From Octopus sinensis (Eukaryota): a stretch of DNA of 64,000 nt. The DNA lies in contig NC_043015.1 of assembly GCF_006345805.1 (NCBI RefSeq), forward strand, positions 23,064,001 through 23,128,000. The letters are read 5' to 3'. The notes below the pieces were generated by a model, which was not told where the DNA came from, made no database searches, and saw only the letters and a list, made by a program, of their open reading frames with translations. Shown piece by piece: positions 63,263-64,000 of this stretch. Position 1 is the stretch's first letter. The number at the start of each line of letters is the position of its first letter. Position numbers and translations under genes: made by a program.

Positions 63263-64000
63263 ATTAGGTAATCCCATAAACAATGGGGTTTTTTAAACAC
63301 TTCCTTTATTTTTCAATGTTTTTTTTTAATTCAAGCTAAAATATACATTCCTTTTTCTACAATGCTATTGTATCTATCTGGTAGATTTGTAAGGACTTTC
63401 TTTCAAAATTCACTTGTCCATGATGAAAAATGCTCCATTACTGCACTATTCTCATCTAAAGAAAGTGGAATAAATGATAAACAGTGTCCGGCGAATATAG
63501 TGGGGCACCGTTTCGCATTCAAACTGCTCCCGCCTTTGGAGAGCATTAGCTAGATATAAGAACACCTTTTGTCTTGCCATAAAAAGTTTTCTTCAAGCCG
63601 CCAAAACCTTCTGGCAGAAGACCTATTTTGTTATCGTTTGGTTTTAGTTTTAAAGTTCCAAGTGGACTAAACCTTTCATATCCCAACAAACGGATAACAG
63701 CACTTCACGTGGTGTTTTATCCTTTCCCTACCCACTGTCTTTGACGTTTGATATTTTCATAGAGAATCCATTTTCCGTCACCAGTCGGTGTTTAGTAAAA
63801 AAAATAGATCATTCCTGAGACGTGGCAGCAACGAAGATTATACATTATCACTGTGCGTGCCATAAGACTCAGAAAGTTTCTAAGCAACCCATTGATCCTA
63901 TTTACCTACCTTTCCGATGACACGCAGGTGTCGATAAAAAGTTGCATGACCAAATCCAAGCCTCTCTGCCAGGTCCTCAACAGTTACAATGGGATTTTGT
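63263..64000 (-). mobile_element. Degenerate mariner transposon, running off the window
   Basis: Minus relic QNPIVTVEDLAERLGFGHATFYRHL...TGDGKWILYENIKRQRQW...VLLSVCWDMKGLVH...PH(fs)SPD...YHLF. TIR-like ATTAGGTAATCCCATAAACAATG after TA. Confidence 0.85.

Overview
This is AT-rich animal nuclear DNA, not prokaryotic. The cox1 fragment reads in the invertebrate mitochondrial code, and the SINE repertoire and microsatellite density are what I recognise as octopus-like (coleoid cephalopod). The window is intronic or intergenic and dominated by simple repeats and tRNA-derived SINEs (four families, labelled A-D by me). Almost all ORF-track entries are microsatellite artefacts. Recognisable coding relics are: a cox1 NUMT (980-1404); two families of restriction-like-endonuclease (RLE) LINEs; a near-intact CR1-group LINE (51723-55851, minus) with target-site duplication; an inverted pair of RTE/BovB-like 3' ends; two mariner relics; and three Penelope-like elements, two with a clear GIY-YIG tail. 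The most interesting structure is at 14425-15284: a ~451-bp tandem unit whose first copy carries a complete type I hammerhead ribozyme fold, preceded by an inverted partial copy (retrozyme or Penelope pseudo-LTR architecture). A separate family of minimal variant hammerheads with covarying stems recurs at several Penelope ends. No host gene could be identified; a few splice-flanked minus-strand exon candidates are reported at low confidence. SINE and relic boundaries are approximate, and no CRISPR, rRNA or genuine tRNA gene was seen.
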